Of a DNA stretch of 64,000 nucleotides, positions 28,122-37,724 are shown in pieces. The notes beneath the pieces were generated by a model. It saw only the letters and a program-made list of their open reading frames with translations, did not search any database and was not told where the DNA came from. Position 1 is the stretch's first letter; every line of letters starts with the position of its first letter. Location: positions 7,744,001 to 7,808,000 of the forward strand of contig JASGJH010000001.1 in NCBI GenBank assembly GCA_047601445.1, given 5' to 3'. A program made the translations under genes and the position numbers. This DNA comes from Myxococcales bacterium (lineage in GTDB: Bacteria > Myxococcota_A > Polyangia > Polyangiales > DASUME01).

Positions 28122-29858
28122 CTACCCTTTGGCTGGAGTGGCCTTGAGCGCTGCTTTTCCGGCCTTGACATAGACAGAAAAGCGGACGTCTTTGGTATCC
28201 GGACGCGAGGCGAGAATCTGGTCGCGGTTCTTGCGCAGGGTGACGACGAACTTTTCGAACGCGAGCTCTGCGGTGGTTTCGCCGCACTGCCTACGAACTT
28301 CGACGTACTGCGCGAAGACCTCCCGATAGTGCCCCTCGTCCTCGCGTGTGGCCTCACGCAACTCCTCGGAAATGTCGGACATCACCGTGGCCTCGTCGTT
28401 TTGGCTCGAGGCTGCTGCGGGCGTTTGCATCGGCGTGAAGCCGCGCGCTGGTGCGCCACCATTCGAAGGACGTGCGGGTGCGGGCGCAGGGGCGGGCGGC
28501 GGCGGAAGCTTGGGGCCCGAGGGCTGCGGCATCGCGGCGCGCACGGGCGCGATGTTGTTGTGCGACGGAGTCTTGGGTGCGGGCATCGGCATGGGAGCCG
28601 GCATGGCCATCGGCTGCGGCGTGCTGCGCGCGGCGCCGTCGTCGCTGCCAAAGCTGAAGGCAGAGCTGGTCAGCGCCTCGGGCGTGGGGCCCAGGAGCTG
28701 ATCGAGGTTGGCCTTCTGCTGGCGGGACTTGCCGCCGCCCTTCTCGAGCAACACCAGGATGCCCTTGTGCACGCCCTCGCCAATCTTGCGGTGGGCCTTG
28801 CTCAGGGCGGCGAGGTCGAGCTCTTCGGTCTGGCCGGCCGCCAGCTTGTCGACTTCCCTCTGGAACAGAGCCAGCGGACGGTCGCGCTCCAGGTACATGA
28901 TGCCCATGCCGATGGCGAAGAGGAGCACCAGCGCGCCCACCAGCGCCGCCGTGGGCAGCGCGTTCATGTCTTCCTTGGTGGCCTGGTCGAAGATGGCCCA
29001 GGGGCTCGGCATGGTGGGGTAGGGGCGTGCGATGGCGTAGCCGACCTGGGCCGCCGAGGCGCTGCCCGCCACGAGTGAGAACACGGCGCGCCCCTTGCCG
29101 CCGAGGTCGAAGGCCTCGGTGCGTTCGCCCTTCTTGAGGCGCTCATCCGTCAGCACGTTGGCCAAGAGGGGCGCGAGCTCCGCTTGGGTCGGTGCACCGG
29201 GTACGTCGGCCGGGACGTAGCTCGAGACCATCTGGTCGCGCAGGAAGAAGCCCACCGTGGCGCCGCCCAGACGCTCGCTCAGGCGTTGCGCGAGCGTGCC
29301 GTCGAGCTTTTGACCGTGGATGAGGGCGCCCACGTACTGGCCGCGGTCCACGATCGGGCGTGCCGCCATGCGGTACACGGCGCCGTCGTAGATCCACACG
29401 TCGTCCCCGAGGAAACCGCCCAGGGCCTGTTCCACCAGCGGCACCTTGCCGAGACCGGCGCCAGCACGCGCCGGCTTCTTGCCCTCTTGGGCCAAGATCA
29501 CGCCCTGGTTGTCCACGGCGATCATGATGTCGGCGCGCAGCTCCTCGAGCTGCTGGTTCATGGTGCGCAGGCGGTCCTTGAGGGCCTTGGGGCCGTCCTG
29601 ACCGTCGACCTTGTCTTTGCCCTTGGTCCGCACGGCTTCGCGCACCGTGCCGTCGGCGGCGATCGGCGCCAGGGCGTCGATGCGGGCGCGTGCGTCGAGC
29701 TTCATCAAGGACTCGAGCTCGAAACGGTCGCGACGCAGCCCCTCGTCGGCATGGACGATCTCGCCGCGGTTGAACATTCCGCGTGCGAGGAGGGCGGTCG
29801 AGAGACCGAGGATGGCGGCAACCGCCAAGAGGAGAACCCAGAATCGTGAAAGCAGCAT
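28122..29858 (-). CDS. MXAN_5187-family membrane protein (periplasmic Cache-like region, Pro-rich linker, conserved C-terminal domain)
   Basis: Two TM segments; C-terminal YVEVRRQCGE...FEKF...LRKNRDQI...VRFSVYVKAGKAALKATP. Confidence 0.7.
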   Translation of the reverse strand: MLLSRFWVLLLAVAAILGLSTALLARGMFNRGEIVHADEGLRRDRFELESLMKLDARARIDALAPIAADGTVREAVRTKGKDKVDGQDGPKALKDRLRTMNQQLEELRADIMIAVDNQGVILAQEGKKPARAGAGLGKVPLVEQALGGFLGDDVWIYDGAVYRMAARPIVDRGQYVGALIHGQKLDGTLAQRLSERLGGATVGFFLRDQMVSSYVPADVPGAPTQAELAPLLANVLTDERLKKGERTEAFDLGGKGRAVFSLVAGSASAAQVGYAIARPYPTMPSPWAIFDQATKEDMNALPTAALVGALVLLFAIGMGIMYLERDRPLALFQREVDKLAAGQTEELDLAALSKAHRKIGEGVHKGILVLLEKGGGKSRQQKANLDQLLGPTPEALTSSAFSFGSDDGAARSTPQPMAMPAPMPMPAPKTPSHNNIAPVRAAMPQPSGPKLPPPPAPAPAPARPSNGGAPARGFTPMQTPAAASSQNDEATVMSDISEELREATREDEGHYREVFAQYVEVRRQCGETTAELAFEKFVVTLRKNRDQILASRPDTKDVRFSVYVKAGKAALKATPAKG

Positions 29859-29872
29859 CGGAGTCCTGCCTC

Positions 29873-30562
29873 TTACTTTCCGTTTACTTCGACGCTGATG
29901 GGATCGATCACGAACTCACGCTTGTCGGCGACTTCGAGCGTCGTGGAGCTGACCTCGGCGCCACCGCGAAACACCTTGAGCGTGTAGTTGCCCGGCGCGA
30001 CGTCCTCGAATTTGAAGGTGCCGTCGCTCTGAGGATTGGCCAGCTTGCTGATCTTCGGCAGCACGTGCAGATGGCCTTTTACGTAGGGAGCCAGTCGGTC
30101 GAGGATGGGAAAGCTACCCTCTTGATCCACCTGGAGTTGGCGGGCCTGGCCGGCGCTGGTCTCCACGGCGTCGAACTGGGAGAGACCTTCGGCGAAGAGT
30201 TGATGGGTGAAGTCGTCGTCGTTGCGCACGCGCAGCGCGCTGCCCTTCTGCATCACCACGGTGCTCGGGGACAGCGTCCCATCCTGCATCGTCACGGTGA
30301 CGGCGTCTTTCATCGCTTCGTCCCCGATCAGCACCACGGCCACCTCGCGGCTCAGATCGGCGCTGCTCTTCTTGGGCTCGATGAACCCGTTCCACTCGTG
30401 CCAGTAGGGGCCACGCACGGTCTCGACCGCCTTCGGCTTCGAGTCGCCGCCCTTCACGCTCCCGCGTACGTCGACGGCCAATGCATGGGCCGACATCAAG
30501 GCCGCGCCGCATACCGCGAGCCCGAGTACGCCGAGTCCCACAGCTCGATTGTCTCTTTTCAT
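29873..30562 (-). CDS. Exported cupredoxin-like / carboxypeptidase-regulatory-like domain protein
   Basis: Signal peptide; VRNDDDFTHQL and DGTFKFEDVAPGNYTLKV motifs; canonical Cu ligands absent. Confidence 0.6.
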   Translation of the reverse strand: MKRDNRAVGLGVLGLAVCGAALMSAHALAVDVRGSVKGGDSKPKAVETVRGPYWHEWNGFIEPKKSSADLSREVAVVLIGDEAMKDAVTVTMQDGTLSPSTVVMQKGSALRVRNDDDFTHQLFAEGLSQFDAVETSAGQARQLQVDQEGSFPILDRLAPYVKGHLHVLPKISKLANPQSDGTFKFEDVAPGNYTLKVFRGGAEVSSTTLEVADKREFVIDPISVEVNGK

Positions 30563-30690
30563 GCAACCCCTAAGTCGAGGCACGCCGATGCGCGCGCCAG
30601 CAAAGCCCCTCGGAGGTGGCGACCGGCCCACCTCAGGTGTGTGACGAGATGGCCACACGCGGCGAAATTAGTGGATCTGAAAGCGCGAGG

Positions 30691-31836
30691 TCAATCGGCG
30701 CCGACTGGGGGTGGGGCGTAATAGTCGACGACCTCGATTGGGTTCGCGAGCCGCGCGCGCACCAGCGTACGTCGTCCGACTACATCTCCGCCCACCTGCA
30801 GGGCCATCGGGGTCTCGTAGTGAATGGAGATGTTCTCGCAGAGGAAATCGTGAACGGTGCGTTCATTGCGGTATTTACCGCGCCAAATCGACCCGATGTT
30901 GGCCGCCACCTCCACCGAGGTCACGTCGCATACCCGCAGGGCGAAGCGGTCGTCGCGCTCGTCGGCGAAGGGGAAGATGCGGGCCCCGAAGCCCCAGTAA
31001 GGGATGGTGGACATGGCCACGAGGCGGGATGGACCGTCGTAGAGGATGGCCCCCTGAGGATGCTCACTCACGGGGCGATCGTCGGGGCCCAGGCGGACGC
31101 AGGGGGACCCCTCGTTGACGATGCGGACCCACGGATGACTGCGCAGTAAGAATTCGGGCAGGCTGCGCCCGAGGGTCGAGATCATGTAAGCAGCTGGGCC
31201 GGTGGCGAAGGGGCGGGTCAGGGGCGAGAGTGAGAGCGTCCGCTTCGTCTCGTTGTAGTGCTCCAGGCAAATGGCATCGATTCCCAGCCCCGCAAAGGGC
31301 GTCAGCGAGCCCTCCACGTCGAGCAGGCGCAGGGTGCTGCGACCCCCTTCGGTGGCGATGCGCTTGAGGTCGGAGACGACTCCGGGCCGCCCCTTGCCCG
31401 CCTGGTTGCCGAGCACCCAGGCCAGCGCGTTGCCGGTGCCGAGCTTGAGCATGCCGAAGCGCGGCGGGTGGCGGCCGAGCTCCTGGGAGGCCCGCACGAT
31501 GAGGGTCACCATCAGCACGAAGGTGCCGTCGCCGCCCCCCGTGAGCACCGTGCGATAGCCGGCCTGGACAATGGCGCGCGCGATGGGCTCGGCCTCCTCC
31601 AGGCTGCGTGAGACGAACAGGTCCCCGGGATGGACGACGCGCTCGAGCTGCCCGACCAGGGCCTCCGTGACCCGGCGCGCGTTGCCGTTGATCACCACCG
31701 CTACGCGCTCGACAGGTGCTCGCCGCGCAGCGTCCATCGGTGGAGCGTCGAGGGACAGCCCACGCTCAGGCGTGGAGCCGACCGATTCGGGCGTCGTCGT
31801 CACGTTGGAGAGGTAGGCGCGTCGGTCGGGCGGCAT
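30691..31836 (-). CDS. Diacylglycerol/lipid kinase family protein
   Basis: VVINGNA, GGGDGT, LGTGNAL, GLGIDA motifs; start uncertain. Confidence 0.8.
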   Translation of the reverse strand: MPPDRRAYLSNVTTTPESVGSTPERGLSLDAPPMDAARRAPVERVAVVINGNARRVTEALVGQLERVVHPGDLFVSRSLEEAEPIARAIVQAGYRTVLTGGGDGTFVLMVTLIVRASQELGRHPPRFGMLKLGTGNALAWVLGNQAGKGRPGVVSDLKRIATEGGRSTLRLLDVEGSLTPFAGLGIDAICLEHYNETKRTLSLSPLTRPFATGPAAYMISTLGRSLPEFLLRSHPWVRIVNEGSPCVRLGPDDRPVSEHPQGAILYDGPSRLVAMSTIPYWGFGARIFPFADERDDRFALRVCDVTSVEVAANIGSIWRGKYRNERTVHDFLCENISIHYETPMALQVGGDVVGRRTLVRARLANPIEVVDYYAPPPVGAD

Positions 31837-31908
31837 CGTGGGAGCTGCCGCTGGGACAGCGCTGGGAGCCTAACTTGCGACCCGATGAGACGCTGCTTTT
31901 TCGCGCGG

Positions 31909-31991
<83 letters not shown>

Positions 31992-32008
31992 GGGCTGTAA
32001 CGGGCCGC

Positions 32009-32037
32009 AACGTAGCCGCTCCCGGGGGAGCGGGCAA
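32009..32037 (-). promoter_or_regulatory. Sigma70-type promoter of tRNA-Leu
   Basis: TTGCCC-N17-TACGTT just upstream of the tRNA. Confidence 0.55.
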
Positions 32038-32061
32038 CGTCGTTTCGCAAGGCTTGCCGCT

Positions 32062-33852
32062 TCAGACTGCTGCAGGGGTCTGCTGGGACTGTGCCGCGAG
32101 CTTGGAGATCACGCTGGTGTTCGACGCGGCCTCGAGCTCCTCGATCAGCTCGCGACACTCGGGGCGCGCGCGCAGATGGGTCAGCAGCAGGTTCGTGGCC
32201 GCCATGAAGCCCTGCTCGTAGCCGAGCGCCTCGCGCACGCGCGTAGCGATGCGTTCGCGTCCTGCGGCGAGGTCGTTCTCGAGCGCGTCGCCGTAGCGCG
32301 AGAGCTGGGCGCGCAGCTCGTCGATCTGGCGGCGCAGGTCGCGGGCGGCCTCTTCACGGGTCTGGGCGCGCCCTTCGTGGCGTTGAGAGAGGCGCGTGAG
32401 CTCCTCCACCTGGGCGCGAGCCGCCCCGGCTTCCTCGAACGCCTTGCGCAGGATCGCTAGATCGCGGCTCTCCTTGGCGGCTTGCTCGGCGCGATTCGAA
32501 GCCTCCACCGAGCGCCGCTCGGCCGTGCTCTTGGTGGCCATGATGCGCTCGGCTTCCTCGCGCTCCGCCGACGCCTCGCGCAGCACACGCGACTCCTCGC
32601 TGGCGAGCTCCTCCACCTTACGGCCGATTTCAGCGCGTAGCGCGCGTCCCCGGCGTTCGATCGCATCCAGCTTGCGCGAGTGGCTCGAGAGCTCTCCTTC
32701 CAGGCGCGATGCGCGCGCCGCGAGCTCCCAGCACTTGTCGGCGGCCTGCTGCACCTCGGCGGGCGCCTTTCCGTTCGGATACGCCCGCGCGACCATGCGC
32801 CCGAAGTGCGCTGCCCGCGTGCCCCACTCGATAACGTGCGGGGTGGAGGCAGGCGGCGGCGGCGGCGGTGCCTGAGGCGTCTCCTGCACCGTGGAGGACT
32901 GGGAGTCCCAGGGCGTCTGCGGCAGCGAGCGCTGGAACGCCTTGAGTTCCTCCTGCAGATGGTGGCCGTCGCGGAAGCGCTTGCGGTTCTCCTTCTCGAG
33001 GAGCTTGAGGATGATGTTCTCGGCCGCCTGGGGCAGGTCTGGGCGCAGCTGGCGCGGACGCGGAGGCGGTGCGCTGCGCTGCATCTCGAGCAGCGTCTCG
33101 CGGTCGTTCGAACGGAACGGGAGCTGTCCCGTGGTCATCTCGAAGAACAAAATGCCGAGCGCGTAGAGATCGCTCTGCGCCGTCGCGTCCTCACCGCGCG
33201 CCTGCTCCGGCGACATGTACTCGGGGGTCCCGAATACCGCACCCTTGGGCGCCAGCCGTGGATCGCGAGCGAGGGCCGCCAGACCGAAGTCGAGGATCTT
33301 CACGAAGTCACGGCGACCGCCGCGCGTGGTGAGCATGATGTTGTCGCTCTTGAGATCGCGGTGCACCACGCCGAGGTCGTGCGCGCGCGCCAAGGCGGCG
33401 CACATTTGCTCGAGCACGTCGACCGCACGCGCGAGGGGCATGGGACCCTTTGCGCACTCGTGCGAGAGCGAGGTGCCGGTAAGGTATTCCATCACCAAGT
33501 ACAGCTCACCGTCCTCGGTCTCGCCTACGTCGTGGATGTCCACGATGTGCGCGTGATCCACGCGGTTGGCGGCGCGGGCTTCGCGCAACATCCACGCGCG
33601 CAGGTGAGTCTCGCCACGCAAGTCCGGACGAATCAGCTTCAACGCGACCACGCGGTCGATCAGCACGTGACGCGCTCGATAGACGACGCCCATGCCTCCT
33701 TCGCCAAGCAACGTTTCCAGGCGATAGCGGCCTGCTACCACCTTGCCGATGTACTCGTCCTGTTGCGAGCGGCGGGATGAACCCTTAATCGCACCCATAC
33801 TTTGTCCGGAAGCTCCCCTCTGGGTAACGCCGAGCGACTCCTTTGCCATCAT
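32062..33852 (-). CDS. Ser/Thr protein kinase with C-terminal coiled coil
   Basis: GEGGMG, VALK, HRDLKSDN, DFGLA, GTPEYMSPEQ; heptad-rich tail. Confidence 0.93.
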   Translation of the reverse strand: MMAKESLGVTQRGASGQSMGAIKGSSRRSQQDEYIGKVVAGRYRLETLLGEGGMGVVYRARHVLIDRVVALKLIRPDLRGETHLRAWMLREARAANRVDHAHIVDIHDVGETEDGELYLVMEYLTGTSLSHECAKGPMPLARAVDVLEQMCAALARAHDLGVVHRDLKSDNIMLTTRGGRRDFVKILDFGLAALARDPRLAPKGAVFGTPEYMSPEQARGEDATAQSDLYALGILFFEMTTGQLPFRSNDRETLLEMQRSAPPPRPRQLRPDLPQAAENIILKLLEKENRKRFRDGHHLQEELKAFQRSLPQTPWDSQSSTVQETPQAPPPPPPASTPHVIEWGTRAAHFGRMVARAYPNGKAPAEVQQAADKCWELAARASRLEGELSSHSRKLDAIERRGRALRAEIGRKVEELASEESRVLREASAEREEAERIMATKSTAERRSVEASNRAEQAAKESRDLAILRKAFEEAGAARAQVEELTRLSQRHEGRAQTREEAARDLRRQIDELRAQLSRYGDALENDLAAGRERIATRVREALGYEQGFMAATNLLLTHLRARPECRELIEELEAASNTSVISKLAAQSQQTPAAV

Positions 33853-34099
33853 ACACAGGACAGGTGCCGCTCAAGAGCGGCATTGCGAGTGTTTGCGCGT
33901 TAGGTTCTCGCCCGAAAGGTATGACCTAGTCGACCTTGGGTGTAGGTGTGCGAGTCTAGAACGTGGATGAGCGCTTGAGCTGAGGCCTAAACGTTACGTA
34001 TCCTCGGGGTTCAGGTCGATTGCGCGCGGGCAGGCCCGCTGGAAAACGCCCGCATCGACACTTTGATGGACGCGTGCGCGAGCCCGGGGGATCACGCTT

Positions 34100-36052
34100 T
34101 TGGGGACACGGACCGACGAGCCTTATCTGATTGAACGACGCCTGGCAGCAGGCGGCATGGCCGAGGTGTTCATCGCGAAGCGCCGGGGGCCCCACGGCTT
34201 CCAGAAGCGGGTGGCGCTCAAGCGCATCCTGCCGCAGTTCGCCGCCGAGCCGGATTTCGTCCACATGTTCATCGACGAGGCGCGCCTGGCCGCACGGCTC
34301 GACCACGCGAACATCGTCCAGGTCTTCGATTTCGGCCAACACTCGGGCAGTTTCTTCATCGCCATGGAGCTGATCAACGGCTCCAACGTGAACCAGCTCT
34401 TGCGGGCCGTAGCCGCCCGCGACGAGGCGGTCCCGCTGGACGTGGCGCTCCACATCGCCACCGAGGCGGCCATGGCGCTCGCCTACGCGCACTCGCTGCG
34501 TGACGACGAGGGCGAGCCCCTGCGCGTCGTGCATCGCGATGTAAGCCCTGCCAACTTGCTGCTCACCCGCGACGGCCACATCAAGTTGAGCGACTTCGGC
34601 ATCGCCCGCGCGGCGAGCTTCGAGGCGCGCACCCAGACGGGTCAGCTGCGCGGCAAGCTGGGCTACATGTCCCCGGAGCAAGTGCTGGGGCGGGAGCTCG
34701 ACGGTCGCAGCGACGTGTTCACCCTAAGCACGGTGCTGTGCGAGATGCTGATCGCGGAGCCCTTGTTCGGAAAAGGCCAGGACCTCGATGTGTTGATGCG
34801 CATCCGCGACGTCGACCTGTCGGTCCTCAACAACTCGAAGCGCCGCGTGCCCCAGGACATCCGCGCTTTGATCGCCTGCGGCCTCTCCAAGAATCGCGAG
34901 GAGCGGCCCGACTCGGTGACCTTCCTGCGCATGCTGCTGGAGATCGCCGTGCGTCGGGGCATCGCCGCCGCGCCCTCGCGGCTCGCGCGCCTCTTGGCCC
35001 GCCTGGAGTTGGTGGAGCCGCGCCCGGGAGACGAACTCGCCCTGGAAGCGGGCGCCAAACCCACCAACTATCTGGACGTCTCCTACGCCGAAGGTTCCGA
35101 CGACGCGTCGCTGCCGCCCATCGAGGTGGTGAGCTATCGCGTGCGGAGTGAGCGCGGCCTGATGGGACCACTCTCCTACTCCCAGGTCGCCGAGCTCGTC
35201 TTGAGCGGCATGATCGACGGCGACGCCATGGTCAGTCGCACGGGCTCGCCCTTCGAGCGTGCGGCCAACATCGACGAACTCCGGCGCTTCGTGAGCTCCC
35301 CAGCCCTGCAATGGCGGGAGCGCGACCTGGCTCACCCCACCTTCCGCGGCGGCCTCGCCCATGCGTCCTTGTTGCCCGTGGTCCATCGCATCGCGCGCTC
35401 CCACGAGACCGGCGTGCTGCACATGCGCGAAGGCGGGCGCCAAAAGAAGCTCTACTTCATCGAGGGACGGCCCGACTTCATTTCTTCGACCGACCGCAAC
35501 GAGCTCCTCGGCGAACATCTGGTGGCCACCAACGTCTGCTTGCGCATGGAGGTCGACATGGCCTTGGCCGTGCTCCATCGCTACGACGGCCGCCTGGGCG
35601 ATGCCCTCGTCGGGCTCGGCGTCTTGCGTCCGGTGGCGCTCGTGCGCGCGGTGCAAGACCAGGTGCGGCGGCGCTTCCTGGAGGCTTTCCGGTGGCGCGC
35701 GGGCGAATGGCGCTTCGTGCGCGGCGCGCGCAGCGAGGAGGAGACCTTCTCGGTGCAGCAGGACCCGTGCGAGCTGTTTCGCGACGCTGCCCGTGAAGCC
35801 CACCCCGCCGAGCTCGAGGCGGCCCTCGAGCCCGTCCGCGAGCGCGTGCTGGTGAGGACGTCGGCGCCCCCCATGCCGCTCGCTGCCTATCGGCTCCCCA
35901 CCGCCTGGTCCAGCTTGCTTCAGCAGGTCAACGGCCAAAGCACGCTGGGGTCTATCGTTGCGCGCGAATCGGCGCGGCGCGGGGCGGAGGTCGAGGACGT
36001 CTACCGTGCGCTGTACCTCGGGCTCTCCTGCGAACTGCTGCGCACGGCTTGA
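34100..36052 (+). CDS. Ser/Thr protein kinase with GYF_2-like and DUF4388-like domains
   Basis: GGMAEVF, HRDVSPAN, DFGIA, GKLGYMSPEQ; GPLSYSQV..LV..G, ETGVL, KKLYFIEG, LGEHLV, LGDALV motifs. Confidence 0.88.
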   Translation: MGTRTDEPYLIERRLAAGGMAEVFIAKRRGPHGFQKRVALKRILPQFAAEPDFVHMFIDEARLAARLDHANIVQVFDFGQHSGSFFIAMELINGSNVNQLLRAVAARDEAVPLDVALHIATEAAMALAYAHSLRDDEGEPLRVVHRDVSPANLLLTRDGHIKLSDFGIARAASFEARTQTGQLRGKLGYMSPEQVLGRELDGRSDVFTLSTVLCEMLIAEPLFGKGQDLDVLMRIRDVDLSVLNNSKRRVPQDIRALIACGLSKNREERPDSVTFLRMLLEIAVRRGIAAAPSRLARLLARLELVEPRPGDELALEAGAKPTNYLDVSYAEGSDDASLPPIEVVSYRVRSERGLMGPLSYSQVAELVLSGMIDGDAMVSRTGSPFERAANIDELRRFVSSPALQWRERDLAHPTFRGGLAHASLLPVVHRIARSHETGVLHMREGGRQKKLYFIEGRPDFISSTDRNELLGEHLVATNVCLRMEVDMALAVLHRYDGRLGDALVGLGVLRPVALVRAVQDQVRRRFLEAFRWRAGEWRFVRGARSEEETFSVQQDPCELFRDAAREAHPAELEAALEPVRERVLVRTSAPPMPLAAYRLPTAWSSLLQQVNGQSTLGSIVARESARRGAEVEDVYRALYLGLSCELLRTA

Positions 36053-36190
36053 GGCACTGCCCAGGCCCCTCGGCGGTCTACACGGGGCCCCTTCTTCAGC
36101 AATTTCAAGCTAGTGCCATTCCAGGGGGAGCTGGGGCTGCGGCGCGGTCCGTGCTGGCGTTCGGGCCCCGGAAGGGCTAAGGCCTTGGGC

Positions 36191-37015
36191 ATGTCAGTGC
36201 TGGAATTTCAGGCTCCCGAGCACGGGCGGACGCCCGTCCTGGTCGAGGTTCCGCACGCTGGCCTGAATATTCCGGCCGCGCTGCGCGGGGAGATCCTCGC
36301 CACGCCCGAGGCGCTCAAGCGAGACGCCGACCTGCACGTGAACCTGCTCTACCAGTCGGTGCCCGAGGTGGGCGCGGGCTTGCTGACCGCGCTCCTATCC
36401 CGCTACGTGGTCGATTTGAATCGTGCGCCGGACGACATCGATCTCGAGTCCGGTCAGGGTGCGCGGGTCGGGCAGCCACGCGGCGTGGTCTGGCGGGTGA
36501 CCACCGAGGGGCAACCGGTCCTGCGCAAGCCCCTCGACGTCGGCGGCATCCAGCAGCGCGTGGACCTCTATCACGCCCCCTACCACGCCCGCCTACGCGC
36601 GGAACTCGACGCCATCAAATCGCGCTTTGGTTTCGCCATCCTGGTGGCCGGGCACTCCATGCCCTCGGCGGTCCGACGCGGAGCCCGCGAGGTGGAGAGA
36701 CGCGCCGACGTGGTGCCGGGCTCCCTTTCGCGGACCAGCGCCGACCCCCGGGTCATCGATCTGGTGGAGACCGTCTTTCGCGCTGCCGGGCTCAGCGTTC
36801 GGCACGATGAACCCTATCGGGGTGGCTTCACCACGGCCCACTACGGGCGCCCCAACGAAGGCATCCATGCGATTCAGATCGAGGTCAATCGCGCGCTCTA
36901 TATGGACGAGCTGACCTGCGAAGTGAAGCCGGGTGATTTCGAGAAGTTACAAATCATCCTCAAGGATCTGGTGGAGCGCCTCGGGCAGCTCGACCTGGGA
37001 CCCGGCCGGAGCTGA
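36191..37015 (+). CDS. N-formylglutamate amidohydrolase family protein
   Basis: VPHAG, SRYVVDLNR, YHAPYH, HSMPS, PYRGGFTT.HYG.P, IQIEVNRALY motifs. Confidence 0.9.
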   Translation: MSVLEFQAPEHGRTPVLVEVPHAGLNIPAALRGEILATPEALKRDADLHVNLLYQSVPEVGAGLLTALLSRYVVDLNRAPDDIDLESGQGARVGQPRGVVWRVTTEGQPVLRKPLDVGGIQQRVDLYHAPYHARLRAELDAIKSRFGFAILVAGHSMPSAVRRGAREVERRADVVPGSLSRTSADPRVIDLVETVFRAAGLSVRHDEPYRGGFTTAHYGRPNEGIHAIQIEVNRALYMDELTCEVKPGDFEKLQIILKDLVERLGQLDLGPGRS

Positions 37016-37140
37016 GCACGCAAGCGCCCGCCGTCGCGCATGCGGCCGAAGTGTTCGCTCACACCGAATGAATGCGCCCCTAACACTGTTGGCCGACGAT
37101 CCCGCTTTTTCGCCCGGGGCCCCTGTGCTAGTTTCTCCGT

Positions 37141-37398
37141 GTGGAGGTCGTACTGCGCAAGGTGGGGCGTAAGCCCGGGCGAGCCGTCATGGGCCGTCTC
37201 TTGCGAGCACCGCGCAAGGGTGCCGTAGTCGTGATCGAGTTCCCTGATGGGCTCCACGAGTACGTCACTACGCCGGTGAAGCGCATTCTTCGTTTGGCCG
37301 GACGCGAGGTGTACTACCTCCAGACGGCCAACAGCCGCTATCGGCTCGAAGTGCGGTCCGACGCCGCTCCGCTCGCCGAAGCACCAGCAGCTCACTGA
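37141..37398 (+). CDS. Small hypothetical protein (85 aa, basic, beta-rich)
   Basis: Protein-like ORF in the intergenic space; TGCTAGTTT -10-like element just upstream. Confidence 0.6.
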   Translation: MEVVLRKVGRKPGRAVMGRLLRAPRKGAVVVIEFPDGLHEYVTTPVKRILRLAGREVYYLQTANSRYRLEVRSDAAPLAEAPAAH

Positions 37399-37677
37399 GC
37401 TCGGCCTGGACTTTCAAGCTAGGCGACCCTAGGCATCTGCCGGGGGCGTCCCCGTGCATTTTCGCTTCGCGACTTGGTCTGCGTCCGGACGGCTTCGAAC
37501 GAAGGTCGTTGCCTGGGAGCTCGACGGGCGCAGCGAGCGGCAGCCGGGCGTCGTGCTGATCGGCGTTCAGTTGGTCACTCAAGACAGGTCAGGCAGGCGC
37601 GGCAAACTGCCGCGGCAAGCCTGCGGGCAAATCTGCAGATTGCGCTGAATTAACGAAGAAAGACGCGGTTTTTGGGC

Positions 37678-37694
37678 GGGCATAGGCCCTGCAT
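37678..37694 (+). promoter_or_regulatory. Putative sigma54 (-24/-12) promoter of the RpoH-like sigma gene
   Basis: GGGCAT-AGGCC-CTGCAT with GG-N10-GC spacing, AT-rich stretch upstream, about 30 nt before the ATG. Confidence 0.45.
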
Positions 37695-37724
37695 TTGGGG
37701 GCCAGCAAGAGGAGGTCCCCGCCC

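Noticed and set aside
27918..29078. 386-aa plus-strand ORF spanning the 6S region
   Set aside because: Antisense to the MXAN_5187-like gene and the 6S RNA, with no protein motifs
34066..34134. Possible frameshift at the kinase 5' end (upstream ATG in another frame before TTTTGGGG)
   Set aside because: TTG 34100 has a plausible RBS and yields a complete kinase domain, so no frameshift is needed
37454..37648. 64-aa ORF upstream of the sigma factor
   Set aside because: No RBS or recognisable motif; overlaps the likely regulatory region
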